Source: Alloascoidea hylecoeti (taxonomy: Eukaryota). From it: a DNA stretch of 64,000 bases. Positions 44,693 to 57,746 of the stretch are shown here, piece by piece. The first letter of the stretch is position 1, and every line of letters starts with the position of its first letter. The notes under the pieces were generated by a model that worked only from the letters and a program-made list of their open reading frames with translations, did not search any database and was not told the DNA's origin. A program made the position numbers and the translations under genes. The stretch is from the NCBI GenBank assembly GCA_001600815.1, contig BCKZ01000010.1:494142-558141 (forward strand). Reading direction: 5' to 3'.

Positions 44693-47600
44693 CTAAATTG
44701 ATAAATCGATTCCTATATCCCCAATATCAACCTTCCTTAAATTCTTTTTCCTTCTATTAACAGCAAATATTAAACCTTTATTTACATTTTCATTTCCGTT
44801 TGCGCCCCCATTGTTTAATTTATTATTTTTATTTTTATTATCACCTTCATCATCATTATTAATTTCACCATCATCTTGATCAATTAAATCTTCATTTCCT
44901 AAGTATAAAACCTTCATAATATTACCAAATGCAACAATAATGCTTTTATGACCAAAATTTGCAATTGGTCCGATTTTTTTAATTAATAGCCCGGAACTTG
45001 ATGATAATGGAGATGATGGAATATCATAATATGTAACTTTCCCCTTTGGTGTCATCGTCCAACCTTCCCAAAGGCCTCCAGTGCCTATTTGAGACGATGA
45101 AGAAGATTGTTCGAATTCATTATTAGTACTTCTCATATTTCTTTTCCTCCTATTTCGTATTCCATTTGTATTATTATTATTGTGTGAAAAGATCCCTGTC
45201 GAGGAATTTTGTAATTGCTCTGTATATACCATATCATCATTATTTTCATTGATATTTTTCTTTCGAACACCCATTAGTATATTCATACCTGTAACACTCC
45301 AACAATCAACATTAGATAACCAATGTTGATGCTCAGTAACCGCTTCAAAACCTAAACATCTCTTTTCACGTGGATCTCTTTCAACACGTAAACAAATATT
45401 GGTCTTTGCACGATTATCAATTGTATAGGTATGTAATATTAGCATTCTTGATTCTAATTCGGTATAAGCAATTGAAAAAGATGCAACTGCTGCACAACCA
45501 CAAAACCTACAATGTGTTGGTTGGGCATGGAAAACTCTGAATGAACCTGGCTTGATTTGACCAACTTGGAATTTCTTTAATACAATACCTGATTGAACAT
45601 CAATTAATTCCGCTGTTAAGTCTTTTGTTCGTACAAACATACCAACAAATGAAACAAGCGAAATGAAGGAATTTTTATATTCACTTTTAGTTGTTTTTGT
45701 TGAAGAAGAAGATGATGAACGTAGCATTGTCTGTGATTTTTGAGGTGAGGTTGAGCTTGGAGATAAAGGTGATGGTACAGAAACTTGAGATCTTCCACTG
45801 AGATTAATTTTTCGATTCATTCCAACTGATCCAACCCTATTATACCCACCAACAGTAGTACTATTATTTGTATTACTCGTATTATTTTGAATCTGACTTT
45901 GACTTTGATAGTTGGGTTGATTATAACTTTCATGTAAGGTTAATATCCTACTTTTCCATTTATTATTAATAACAGTTGAAACAATAATATCACCATTATC
46001 ATTACAAGCTACAATCCTATCACTAACTCTTGGTGTAATTAATCTTTTCGCCCAAATTAATGAATTATTCAATATTGATTTATTATTGAAAACAGTTGAA
46101 ACCAGTTTATCATGTTGTATTATTGAACCGTCATTACAATTTAAAATAATAATTGAACCATTTTTTAAGATTATAACCAATTCAACTTCATTTTGATCAT
46201 CTTCATTTATACCATCCCAATTTGAAAAATCGCTTAAATCAACAGGTCCTAATCTCGGTGAATTTAAACCAGAATTTCTACCAATACCATTTGCATTTAA
46301 TCTTATACTATTCAAACTACTTCTTCTTGAAATTGATTTCTCAGAAGATATTGAATCACCACGTTTTCTCATTTGATTTTCATCAAAATTACTATTTGCT
46401 TTATTTGCCATCATTTTGCGTTTCATAAATGCACTCATTGTTTTCTTTCTGAAAAAAGCTTCTAAAGGTATAGTATTGACTAATTCTGGATTATTAATAG
46501 TCCAAATGTATTGCATTAATCTCCTTGACCAACACATAATTGAACCATTTTTGGAAAAAATTGCAATATAATTACAATTATTATTATATCCTAATACAAC
46601 GTGAGTAACCGGCCAGAATTGATGAGATAATTGAAGAGAAACAGGTGGTGGTATAGTATTAAAATTATCATCATCATCATTATTTTGATGTATCTGTTTA
46701 CCTAATGGAGACCAAACTAAAACCCGATGATCCATACCAACAGAGACTATAAATCTACAACCAATAGTAGTAACAATTTTAAATATATCAAGTTTATGAT
46801 AAGATATTAAATCTTTACTTTCAAAACTTTCATTTTGTATAATTAAACCACCATGAGTTGTAACATTATGACTACCATTTAAACTATTATTCTTCAATAC
46901 AATATTTTGATCATTCAAATCATCATCATCATCATCAGTTGATGTTGGTAAAATGCATTTTAAAATAACTGAAGTTAAAGATAATATAAATACCAAAGAT
47001 GCCAAAAATTCAAGAATATAATAAGTATCGAAATGATAAGTAGTTGATAATGCAAAATCAATAACTGGAGGTTTAGTTACAGCTGAAGATGAATCATTTT
47101 GTGATTTGTTTAAAGATTGTGATATTATTATTACTGTTGGTTCTTCAACTGAAGCAATTATTTTAAATTTTTTCTTTTTGATATTTGTTGATATATTTGG
47201 ATATAGAAGAGCATTTAATCCTAATGGTTGACCACCTAAAAAGAAAGGAAATTCATTAAACTCATTAAAGTCATTAAAATTAGTTGTTGGAATTGAATTA
47301 CCAATTATATCTGTTGAAGAAGAACTTGAATCCAAATTTGATAAATTATTTACTGAATCATCATGATTCCATAAATTATTAAATCTTGAATTTGAACCAG
47401 AACCAGAACTTTCCAAATATTTGAAATTAATTAATATTAAAAATGCAATCATCGTCAATGAACCTAAAATAGAGGTTGTAAAAGGCATTTTAATTTTCAT
47501 TAAAATTTGTCCTAATAAATGATTTAATAATGAAGAACTTGTTGATGATCTATTCCCAGATGAATTATTTGATGAAAATAATAAAGCATGTGTTGATAAA

Positions 47601-49108
47601 GATTGTTTATTATACAATCTTTTATTTTCCTTTATTATTAAATTAATATTATTACTATTATTATGATTATGATGATTATGATTATTGTTATTACTATTAT
47701 CATTACCATTATTATCAATTACTGTAATACTATTATTACTATTATTATTTGTTGAATCAAATTCAGAAGATCTTAATAAATCTTCAAGTTCCAATCTTCT
47801 TATATCAACACTTAAAACAGCAGCAAAATAAGTTAAATGTAATATATGATCAACAATTAAAGCAATTGTAGCAAATATACAAAATTGTTTTGTTTGTAAG
47901 TTTGCAAAAGGATATAAAATCATTAATATAATTATATCAGTTAAAACAACTAAAGTTGATTTAAAACCAATTTGTTGAAAACTTAAAGATAATCTTAAGG
48001 ATATTGATTTTTCACCAGGTGTTAAAGAAACTGCATTAACCAATCGAAACATATTTTCAATACCAACAACAATTACAACAAATGGTAAAACTTGTAATGG
48101 TATATTTAACAGATTTGTGTTTCGAAATATATAACTTGTTACAGTTGCAGCACACATAACAGCTAAAATCATTTCAACAGTAAAAGTAACCAATAAACCA
48201 AATCGTGATTTCACAGAATGAATATTTGATAAAGAGATTAAAAAATAAAGAGCAATCAATGAATATGAAACCATTAATATAATATGATCGGAATAAGATA
48301 AAGGATTAACATGATAAGCAAAAGCTCTTGTTTTTTTAATTTCAGGAGGATTTGTATAAATTTTAAAATTATCGGGATAGGTTGAATTTTTGTTTTTCAT
48401 TAATAATTTAAGATTGTTATCCCATATTTCACCTGCATTAGTTGATGGTTTATAAAAAAAAGATAATTTAAGAGCTTCTGCTGAACGTATTTTCCCACTA
48501 ATTATCTTAATGCCAGCCATCACTGAATTTTTATTATCAGGCTTAGAATTTATTGTTCTTAATATTTTATCATCTTTTAACAATGAATCCAAAGAATTGT
48601 TCCAATAAAAGAGGGGAGAACGTAAGTAACCATAACAATCTTTAACATAGTGCGAACTAGGATTATCCGATGGATAACATATGGTTATATTCTGTAATAA
48701 TGAAGATTGCAATGAGGATAACTGAACGAGAAACGATTTATCCAGCACACTACTGCTGGAAGATTGATTGGTCGACTGTATCCATAGTTGTTTAAACACC
48801 AGATCTGGGCCCACGAGGTGTGATCCTGGGAGGACCGGTAGGACCGAAGGCACGGATGAGTCGGTACCGACAATAACAGAAGAGTCGCAAGATAGAAAAA
48901 GAGCATAAAGAGAAGGATAAGAAAGAATAAATGCAATGGAAGCAGGCCAAAGTATAAACGCTCTTGGAAAACGTGCGATTTTAAGTGCCAACAGTGAGTA
49001 AAGTGTTGCAAAATATCGCCACAATTTATCCCTTGGACCAAACTTGTGAGGAAGGTTAGATTTAATGCGTGTGTGAACAAATAAGTTGAGAGAGTTTTCA
49101 CTTACCAT
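44693..49108 (-). CDS. SREBP cleavage-activating protein (SCAP/Scp1)
   Basis: Sterol-sensing domain (VKSRFGL, PFVVIVVGIENMFRL, AVLSVDIRRLELEDL, equivalent to mammalian RRMELADL) followed by a WD-like C-terminus. Confidence 0.88.
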   Translation of the reverse strand: MVSENSLNLFVHTRIKSNLPHKFGPRDKLWRYFATLYSLLALKIARFPRAFILWPASIAFILSYPSLYALFLSCDSSVIVGTDSSVPSVLPVLPGSHLVGPDLVFKQLWIQSTNQSSSSSVLDKSFLVQLSSLQSSLLQNITICYPSDNPSSHYVKDCYGYLRSPLFYWNNSLDSLLKDDKILRTINSKPDNKNSVMAGIKIISGKIRSAEALKLSFFYKPSTNAGEIWDNNLKLLMKNKNSTYPDNFKIYTNPPEIKKTRAFAYHVNPLSYSDHIILMVSYSLIALYFLISLSNIHSVKSRFGLLVTFTVEMILAVMCAATVTSYIFRNTNLLNIPLQVLPFVVIVVGIENMFRLVNAVSLTPGEKSISLRLSLSFQQIGFKSTLVVLTDIIILMILYPFANLQTKQFCIFATIALIVDHILHLTYFAAVLSVDIRRLELEDLLRSSEFDSTNNNSNNSITVIDNNGNDNSNNNNHNHHNHNNSNNINLIIKENKRLYNKQSLSTHALLFSSNNSSGNRSSTSSSLLNHLLGQILMKIKMPFTTSILGSLTMIAFLILINFKYLESSGSGSNSRFNNLWNHDDSVNNLSNLDSSSSSTDIIGNSIPTTNFNDFNEFNEFPFFLGGQPLGLNALLYPNISTNIKKKKFKIIASVEEPTVIIISQSLNKSQNDSSSAVTKPPVIDFALSTTYHFDTYYILEFLASLVFILSLTSVILKCILPTSTDDDDDDLNDQNIVLKNNSLNGSHNVTTHGGLIIQNESFESKDLISYHKLDIFKIVTTIGCRFIVSVGMDHRVLVWSPLGKQIHQNNDDDDNFNTIPPPVSLQLSHQFWPVTHVVLGYNNNCNYIAIFSKNGSIMCWSRRLMQYIWTINNPELVNTIPLEAFFRKKTMSAFMKRKMMANKANSNFDENQMRKRGDSISSEKSISRRSSLNSIRLNANGIGRNSGLNSPRLGPVDLSDFSNWDGINEDDQNEVELVIILKNGSIIILNCNDGSIIQHDKLVSTVFNNKSILNNSLIWAKRLITPRVSDRIVACNDNGDIIVSTVINNKWKSRILTLHESYNQPNYQSQSQIQNNTSNTNNSTTVGGYNRVGSVGMNRKINLSGRSQVSVPSPLSPSSTSPQKSQTMLRSSSSSSTKTTKSEYKNSFISLVSFVGMFVRTKDLTAELIDVQSGIVLKKFQVGQIKPGSFRVFHAQPTHCRFCGCAAVASFSIAYTELESRMLILHTYTIDNRAKTNICLRVERDPREKRCLGFEAVTEHQHWLSNVDCWSVTGMNILMGVRKKNINENNDDMVYTEQLQNSSTGIFSHNNNNTNGIRNRRKRNMRSTNNEFEQSSSSSQIGTGGLWEGWTMTPKGKVTYYDIPSSPLSSSSGLLIKKIGPIANFGHKSIIVAFGNIMKVLYLGNEDLIDQDDGEINNDDEGDNKNKNNKLNNGGANGNENVNKGLIFAVNRRKKNLRKVDIGDIGIDLSI

Positions 49109-50888
49109 TTATATCTGCTCTTTTTTATGATTTCTAAAGATTTGGTGAAGTGCCTTGGAGTCTAAATTTTTTGGAGGTTGTGTTTAACACCCATACACCC
49201 TTTAGTAATTGGACCGTTAGAAGTAGTAGTAGATTGGCACACTCAGATGGCCTTAATCTAAATTTCATGAAATTGGTTCTGAAGTCTGTCATCTTCTAAT
49301 TGCATTATTACCAATTGTAAATTTCTCCTTCCTAACTAATTCTCCATAAGTAATAACTATCTTGGAAATTTTTTTTTAAGGTATCATTGCTATTGTTAAT
49401 ATAATTAAAAATATCTTGTCTCCTTTAGTTTACCGCCTATGCCTTTAGTTTTAGGTTTTCAATAATACCGGCATGTAAGAATTTTATATATAAGTGAGCT
49501 TATTATCCACTTGTAGCGGCCATGATATCGATAATTGATAAAACTACAGACTAAAGAAGAAAGTAAAAATGAGGGGCTTAGTGCTAAATTAAGACTTTAT
49601 TTGAAAACTACAATTTCAATAAAGAAATACATAGTTATAGTTCAATATAAACTACACACAAATTAAAAAAACAGATATGGTCAACGATATAGTTATAATT
49701 GTTAAAGATCATAAATCGAACATTCAAAATTTTAAGATTTATGATTCATACCTAATAATAGACATAATTATAAGTAACATAAAATAGATATATAGCTTTT
49801 GATTCTCTTCTACTTTTAATGACTAACACATCATCAAAATGATTACTCCATCTTTAAAACAAATCTTCCAATTTATGAAATGGGATGGACGAAAAGATTG
49901 ACAAATATTAAGAAACCAGGAGGAATTAGAATTTATAAAAAGGGATATAAAAATAGTAGTTGACTTGTTTGAGGAACAAAAAAATACACTAAAATCAATT
50001 TACCTAAAAAAGGATCTTGGGGTAAAAAAAAATGAAAAATTAATTACAATTCAAAATGGTACCGATTCAGAAAAAGGTCTAGGGATCAAAGCACTATGGG
50101 AAGCTCAAATACTACTGGACAAGATGAAAACAATAAAATTATTAATGATAAATTTAGCACTACATTTACAGGAAAGGATGATCATGATGAAATAACGAGA
50201 GTAGGCCTCAAATATAGTGATATTTTTTAGATCATTACTGCCATGATTGTTAATATAATTAATTGACAAAATATAATCCCTTCTTTGGATTTACAGTATA
50301 AATTCATAATTATGAGCTTATTAATATTTGTGATAGTGATCTGTTACGATATGGATATAACATCAAGCTCTTTAATTATATAATTGAATCGAAAAGATTT
50401 AAGTTGAGGTGTATTTAGGCTAAACAAATATGAGAAGTTTAGTGATTTATTTAGATTTAATTGAAAATTAGAAATTCCATATACAATAAAAATATACAGT
50501 CATTCGTCTTAATTATGATCATCGAATATACTATTTAATAACAATCTAAACAGAATTGTGATTAAGAGTTATAGACTTAATTCAAAGGATTGGTATGAGG
50601 AAATGTGTCACAAAAGAAGTAGCGCTTCCTGGTTTCCCCAAGTTTCCCTGTAGTTAGACAAAGAAAAAATTGGAGAGAAGTTCATTCCGATTATAGAATT
50701 GAAAAAATTGAAAGACCAATTGAGAAGCTTTTGAATGTATTGGTGCATTGTATAATAAACCGCTAGATACCACTTTTTAACTTTATCTATTGAATCGATA
50801 TTGGCGGTAACTATACCGTAATCTAACCAGAATATAAATTTAAACCTCCACCGAAATGGAAATTTGTTAATTTTTCTCCCCTTCTGCA

Positions 50889-51497
50889 ATGAAACTCGGG
50901 AAAATCCACAGCTGGATGATGGGCCTCGGTCTCACGCTCGGTCTCGCTGCCCTTGTCACATCAACCCAGATATTTGGCGAAAATGAGATTACTACAGAGT
51001 CAGAAGTTTATAGTGTCAGTACTTCCGCGGGAGACGAGTACATACTCACTTTAAGATTCGTTATCTCGGCTGCCGACACAGAAGAGGCCATTTCTGAAAA
51101 AACCACTTCTGAAGAAACCACTTTTGAGGAAACCTATGCACGACTGCCGCAGAGACAACAACCAGCCCATCCACCGCTGTGGTTTTTACAACCTCTGCTA
51201 CAACCTCTGCTACAATTTCGCCCACCACTTTTTCTACGACAACACTAGACCTCCACCACCGCAATTGCAACTTCATCATGTACAGCAAGTAGTGGCGGTG
51301 TTTCAGCCCATACAAAATCCATCATCCTTGGAATCGCACTAGGTTTGGGTATTCCTTTATTAATATCACTTATAGTTGTTGTCCTATTATATATAAGACA
51401 TAAAAAAATGAAGGCTACGGATAATAATGATAGTTTCGTACATTATGATAATAAGGGTAATAAGAGAAGGTTAGCTTTAGAAGCACTATACTTATAA
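50889..51497 (+). pseudogene. Mid2/Mtl1-like cell-surface sensor with compensating frameshifts and a stop
   Basis: Signal peptide; the Ser/Thr stalk at about 51140-51245 lies in another frame; TAG at 51246-51248; then the original frame gives TKSIILGIALGLGIPLLISLIVVVLLYIRHKK. Confidence 0.65.
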
Positions 51498-52364
51498 CTG
51501 ATAGCTAACAAATATGGGATATCTAATTATAAATACATGCATATACTATTTTGGTTTACATAACAACATTAAAATTGTTGTAAACTTGTTTGTTAAGGGT
51601 TTTGCAAGTCTATATTTATATTTGTTTTGTGTGTTTTTATTTGCATTCGAATAGTATTCTTAAATAGTAAGTAATTAGATTATAAAAAGATATTATTTTC
51701 CTTAAGATATGTAAAATTAATCGATCATTGAAACCTTTAATGAATATATATAATCGATACATATTCTATTTCTTATAACTCTTACTACCTAGGTTCCTCA
51801 AATATCAATGAAAATGATATGAAATTGGCATTTTTAGAGAAAATTTTGGAATAGTATCATGAACAAGGACAGTTGTTGTTGAATGCAAGTCTTAATTTAT
51901 AATTTTCATTAAAATAAAGAAAAAATATAAAAAAAAAATATTAATATATTAACGATTTCTGTAGACATTTAATTTAACTGGTACGTTCCATTATCATTAT
52001 TATTATTTATCAATAATTTTTATTACGACTATTACGACTATTATTATTATTATTATTATCATTTTTGATATATATGACAAAAGTTTATTATAAAGAAATT
52101 TTCTATCCATTGTTTTTTATTTGTTGTTGCGTTTTCACAAGATTCCTCCTATATAAAAGCTGCCTAAATCTAGTAAGAGGGCGCAAGGCTCCTTTAAAAT
52201 TTCTCAAAATTCCATAAAACTATAGAACACTCAACACCAATATTAACATTTTTAAGTTTGATTAAACGGGAGCGCTTATAGTCTTATACCCTGGACCAGA
52301 AGTTTTGTATGTTTCCACTCTTAAAAATATTATATATTAAAACGTGGATTTCTTAAAATCGTAT

Positions 52365-52635
52365 GCCGTGAGGTATCTTAAAATTGGATATCATGTAAAA
52401 TGGTAACGGTCCTATAGACGAGTTTGGAGAAAGCACGTTTGTAGATGATTGTCTTGTTTTCATGTAAATTTCGACCCTCTGAGGATGGTGAACCTCCGGG
52501 TAGCAAACAATACACGTGTGAGAAGACAGATATGTATTCCGTAAGTGTGCAAGGGCTCTTCCGGGATTGCGCCACATAAAGCGAAGTACTATGTAAACAG
52601 CGGTTAACGTAACGTTGATGCTTCTAACGTCACCG
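52365..52635 (+). ncRNA. Candidate structured RNA with three hairpins
   Basis: Nested stems with plus-strand G-U pairs; AGACGA lies between hairpins 1 and 2; TATATAAAA near 52149. Confidence 0.33.
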
Positions 52636-53128
52636 ATAAATTTGAAACAATAATAATGAGGATAATAGTGAGGATGTCTCATAAATATGAAATATGTGCC
52701 TTTAAAGAGAAAGTGATTACAGAATAAGAAAATAGTGTTTGAAAAGGGTTTTTTGGGGGTATTAAAAATAGATTTAGACATCCGGATATAAAAATAGCTT
52801 GCATAACCAGGCCTTCATTAAGGTTGTAAACAAGGCATCTAATGTTTGGGCTATATATAGGAAACTTGCACCTAAATATAGCTATTTATATGTTGCGATA
52901 ATTACAACATTTTATATTTTATGGTTCCCGATTTACCAAATTATAATATTATTAATGCTATTGATATTATTTGTTCTATTGCCAGTTACGTATGTATTTA
53001 TGAGTCAAGGTTAGAAGCAGTTGTTTAATAGAATATCCATCATATAATTAGTTAACAACCATGTATTCATCAACTATGGAGTCTTTTTATTTACAGTTTT
53101 TAGCAACTCCTAGTATAATGCATTTTAT

Positions 53129-54454
53129 TTATTTATCATCTTTCAATGTTTTATTATTATTAAGATTTTTCTTTTCCAAATAATGCTCAATAAAATGACA
53201 AATTTCAAAACAAACTTCAATAACAATTAACCAAATAATAATCCATTCTAGATGTGATGATTTTTTTTCATTTAAATGACTTAATAAAATATTTGATTCA
53301 TCAATTAAATAATCTAGTTTTTTATTTAATATTTCAACTCTTAAATAAACATCTAATTTTTTAGAAATTAATTTATAAATTTTTTCAAGTTTTGGTTCTT
53401 CCCAATATAAATCAGGTAATTCAATTAAATCATAATATAAATTTAATTCATTTCTAATTTTTAAAAGTTTCGAAATATTTATTAGAATTAAATTTGATTT
53501 TAAATGAATTTTTTTATTACTTGAACTTGATATAATTGAATCAAATAAACTTGTTGATAAATTATTTGTTAATGATTTTGTATTTTGAATATAATTTTCT
53601 AATATTGATTCAAGAATTGCTAATTTTGTTGATCTTGCAATACCAGAAGCAAAAGCTAATTTATCCAACAAATTTTGTTCATTCGTTGAAGAAGAATTAA
53701 TAAATATGATATCCCCCTTCATCAATATCTCATCTTCATTAATTTCAGCTGCGGTTGTATTCAATTGGGGATTAATATTAATTTCAGGTTCAGGATCAAT
53801 TTCAGATAGTGATGAAATAGTTTCAATTTCATTTTCATTCGAATTCTTAGTTGTTAGGTTTTGTAAAGACTTTTCAATGTAATCCATTTCTTCAGATTCG
53901 TAATTGTCATAGGTATTAATTTCAGCAGGTTTTAAAATTGGCAGTATTAAATCAATTAATTGAGTTTCAGTCATACCCCACGAAACCACAGAACCATTAT
54001 TTAAAATGAATAGATCAATGTTTTTTATTGTTCCATTAACGTTGGTAGTTGTAGTTTTTAATGGATATGATATATAAAACACTTGTTTTGGAATCAAGAA
54101 ATGAGCTTGAAGGAAACCTTTTGATTTTGCAATTGAAGACATTAAGGAGAGATCATATTGTTCACAGGTCACTACTGTAGTGCAAGGATTAATTGAGGAT
54201 TGAAGTAAGTTGTTTTCATTGTCAATGGTGGTGTTAATACTGCTATCTGGAGGAGCACGAGTCACAGGCCGTGGAAGTCTTCGAATACCAGAAGATTTTT
54301 TAGCAGCTTTTGGCAGTTTATTATATTTAGTACCCGGAGTCAGATTTGAAGAATATAACCTTGAAAGGAAAATTCCATTACTTTTGGGAAATACACCGGT
54401 TAGAGAAGGAAAACGCCTCGGCACGCAGATGCATTTGGAAATAACAGATTTCAT
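53129..54454 (-). CDS. Mitochondrial RMD1/DUF155-family protein (MRX10/RMND1-like)
   Basis: Presequence-like N-terminus, GSVVSWG, ESEEMDY, AFASGIARSTKLAILE, RVEILNKKLDY, LEWIIIWLIVIE. Confidence 0.87.
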   Translation of the reverse strand: MKSVISKCICVPRRFPSLTGVFPKSNGIFLSRLYSSNLTPGTKYNKLPKAAKKSSGIRRLPRPVTRAPPDSSINTTIDNENNLLQSSINPCTTVVTCEQYDLSLMSSIAKSKGFLQAHFLIPKQVFYISYPLKTTTTNVNGTIKNIDLFILNNGSVVSWGMTETQLIDLILPILKPAEINTYDNYESEEMDYIEKSLQNLTTKNSNENEIETISSLSEIDPEPEININPQLNTTAAEINEDEILMKGDIIFINSSSTNEQNLLDKLAFASGIARSTKLAILESILENYIQNTKSLTNNLSTSLFDSIISSSSNKKIHLKSNLILINISKLLKIRNELNLYYDLIELPDLYWEEPKLEKIYKLISKKLDVYLRVEILNKKLDYLIDESNILLSHLNEKKSSHLEWIIIWLIVIEVCFEICHFIEHYLEKKNLNNNKTLKDDK

Positions 54455-54539
54455 GATAAATACAAATAAATAAATATATTTATAATTTGAAAAGAAAATG
54501 AAAGTTTGCCTGTGGATCTAAAATTAGACGAAGGGGGCA

Positions 54540-54570
54540 CACGTGACCCATGGAAGCTGATGGTATAAAA
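54540..54570 (+). promoter_or_regulatory. E-box CACGTGAC and TATA box in the GFA1 divergent promoter
   Basis: CACGTGAC at 54540-54547 and TATAAAA at 54564-54570. Confidence 0.5.
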
Positions 54571-54744
54571 GACCAGCCTGTCCCCTTCATTTTTTCTTTT
54601 TTTCCATTAAACAGTTTTATTTTTTCATCTATCTCTTATTTTATCAGACTTCTTCCTGTTTTTCGGGAGTTTCGTTTTTTAACTTCGTAAATTAAATAAT
54701 CAACTAATTGATCGAACTTTTTCGTTATTTTTTGGCTTCTTATA

Positions 54745-56940
<2,196 letters not shown>

Positions 56941-57223
56941 AGAAAAAACATCCAAACAAAAAAGGAAAGGGAAGAAAAAATCTACAATTCTTTTTAAAGG
57001 GAAAGGCGGATAAAGAAGAAAAGTATAAAATTTCATTATATATTAATAATATATTTATATTAATTATAAAGAGAAAAAAATGAATTGATCATAATAATAA
57101 TAATAATAATCATAATAATAATAATAATAAAAAAAAAATAAAGATGCAAAAAACAAAAAATAATGAAATTTTTTTATATTTAGATTAAAAATTGAATATT
57201 ACATACATAATTAATATTTGGAT

Positions 57224-57224
57224 T

Positions 57225-57299
<75 letters not shown>
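57224..57299 (+). repeat. Poly(T) tract, about 76 nt
   Basis: Direct reading. Confidence 0.9.
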
Positions 57300-57300
<1 letters not shown>

Positions 57301-57746
57301 TTTTTTAGAATGATGAAGTTTTTTTTTGAAACATATCATATAGTAATAATAAAAAAAATTATACTTGTTATGTATTATAGAGGAGAAGTGTACATTGTAG
57401 CAATTTAGATCTACGGTATATCGCTTATCACGCATACATTATATTTAATTTGATTTATTTACAAGATTTAAGAATAGAAAGAGGTTTGGAAATTAATTAA
57501 AGCTATAATATAAATTTAAAAATAAAAAGGAATTGTTGATTTTATACGACGTCCTGTTGCTGCTGAAATTGATAAATCTATTGATAAAGGTGCTCCCGGT
57601 TACTTCAATAAGAATGGTTGTGAGGACGGATTGTGAGGTAGTTTTATAGTAAACGGAGACATCTTCACTTGAAGTTAATTGGTTACCACATTAGAATATC
57701 TACACTTCCCCACTATTAAATGTTTGATATATATATTACTAATTTA

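Noticed and set aside
52140..52195. Helitron terminus (CTAG near a GC-rich patch)
   Set aside because: The hairpin is poor and the flanking base does not fit an A|T target site.
57211..57435. Poly-Lys and poly-Phe ORFs; poly(A) tail of a retrocopy
   Set aside because: These are homopolymer artefacts. ERG7 retains introns, so it is not a retrocopy.
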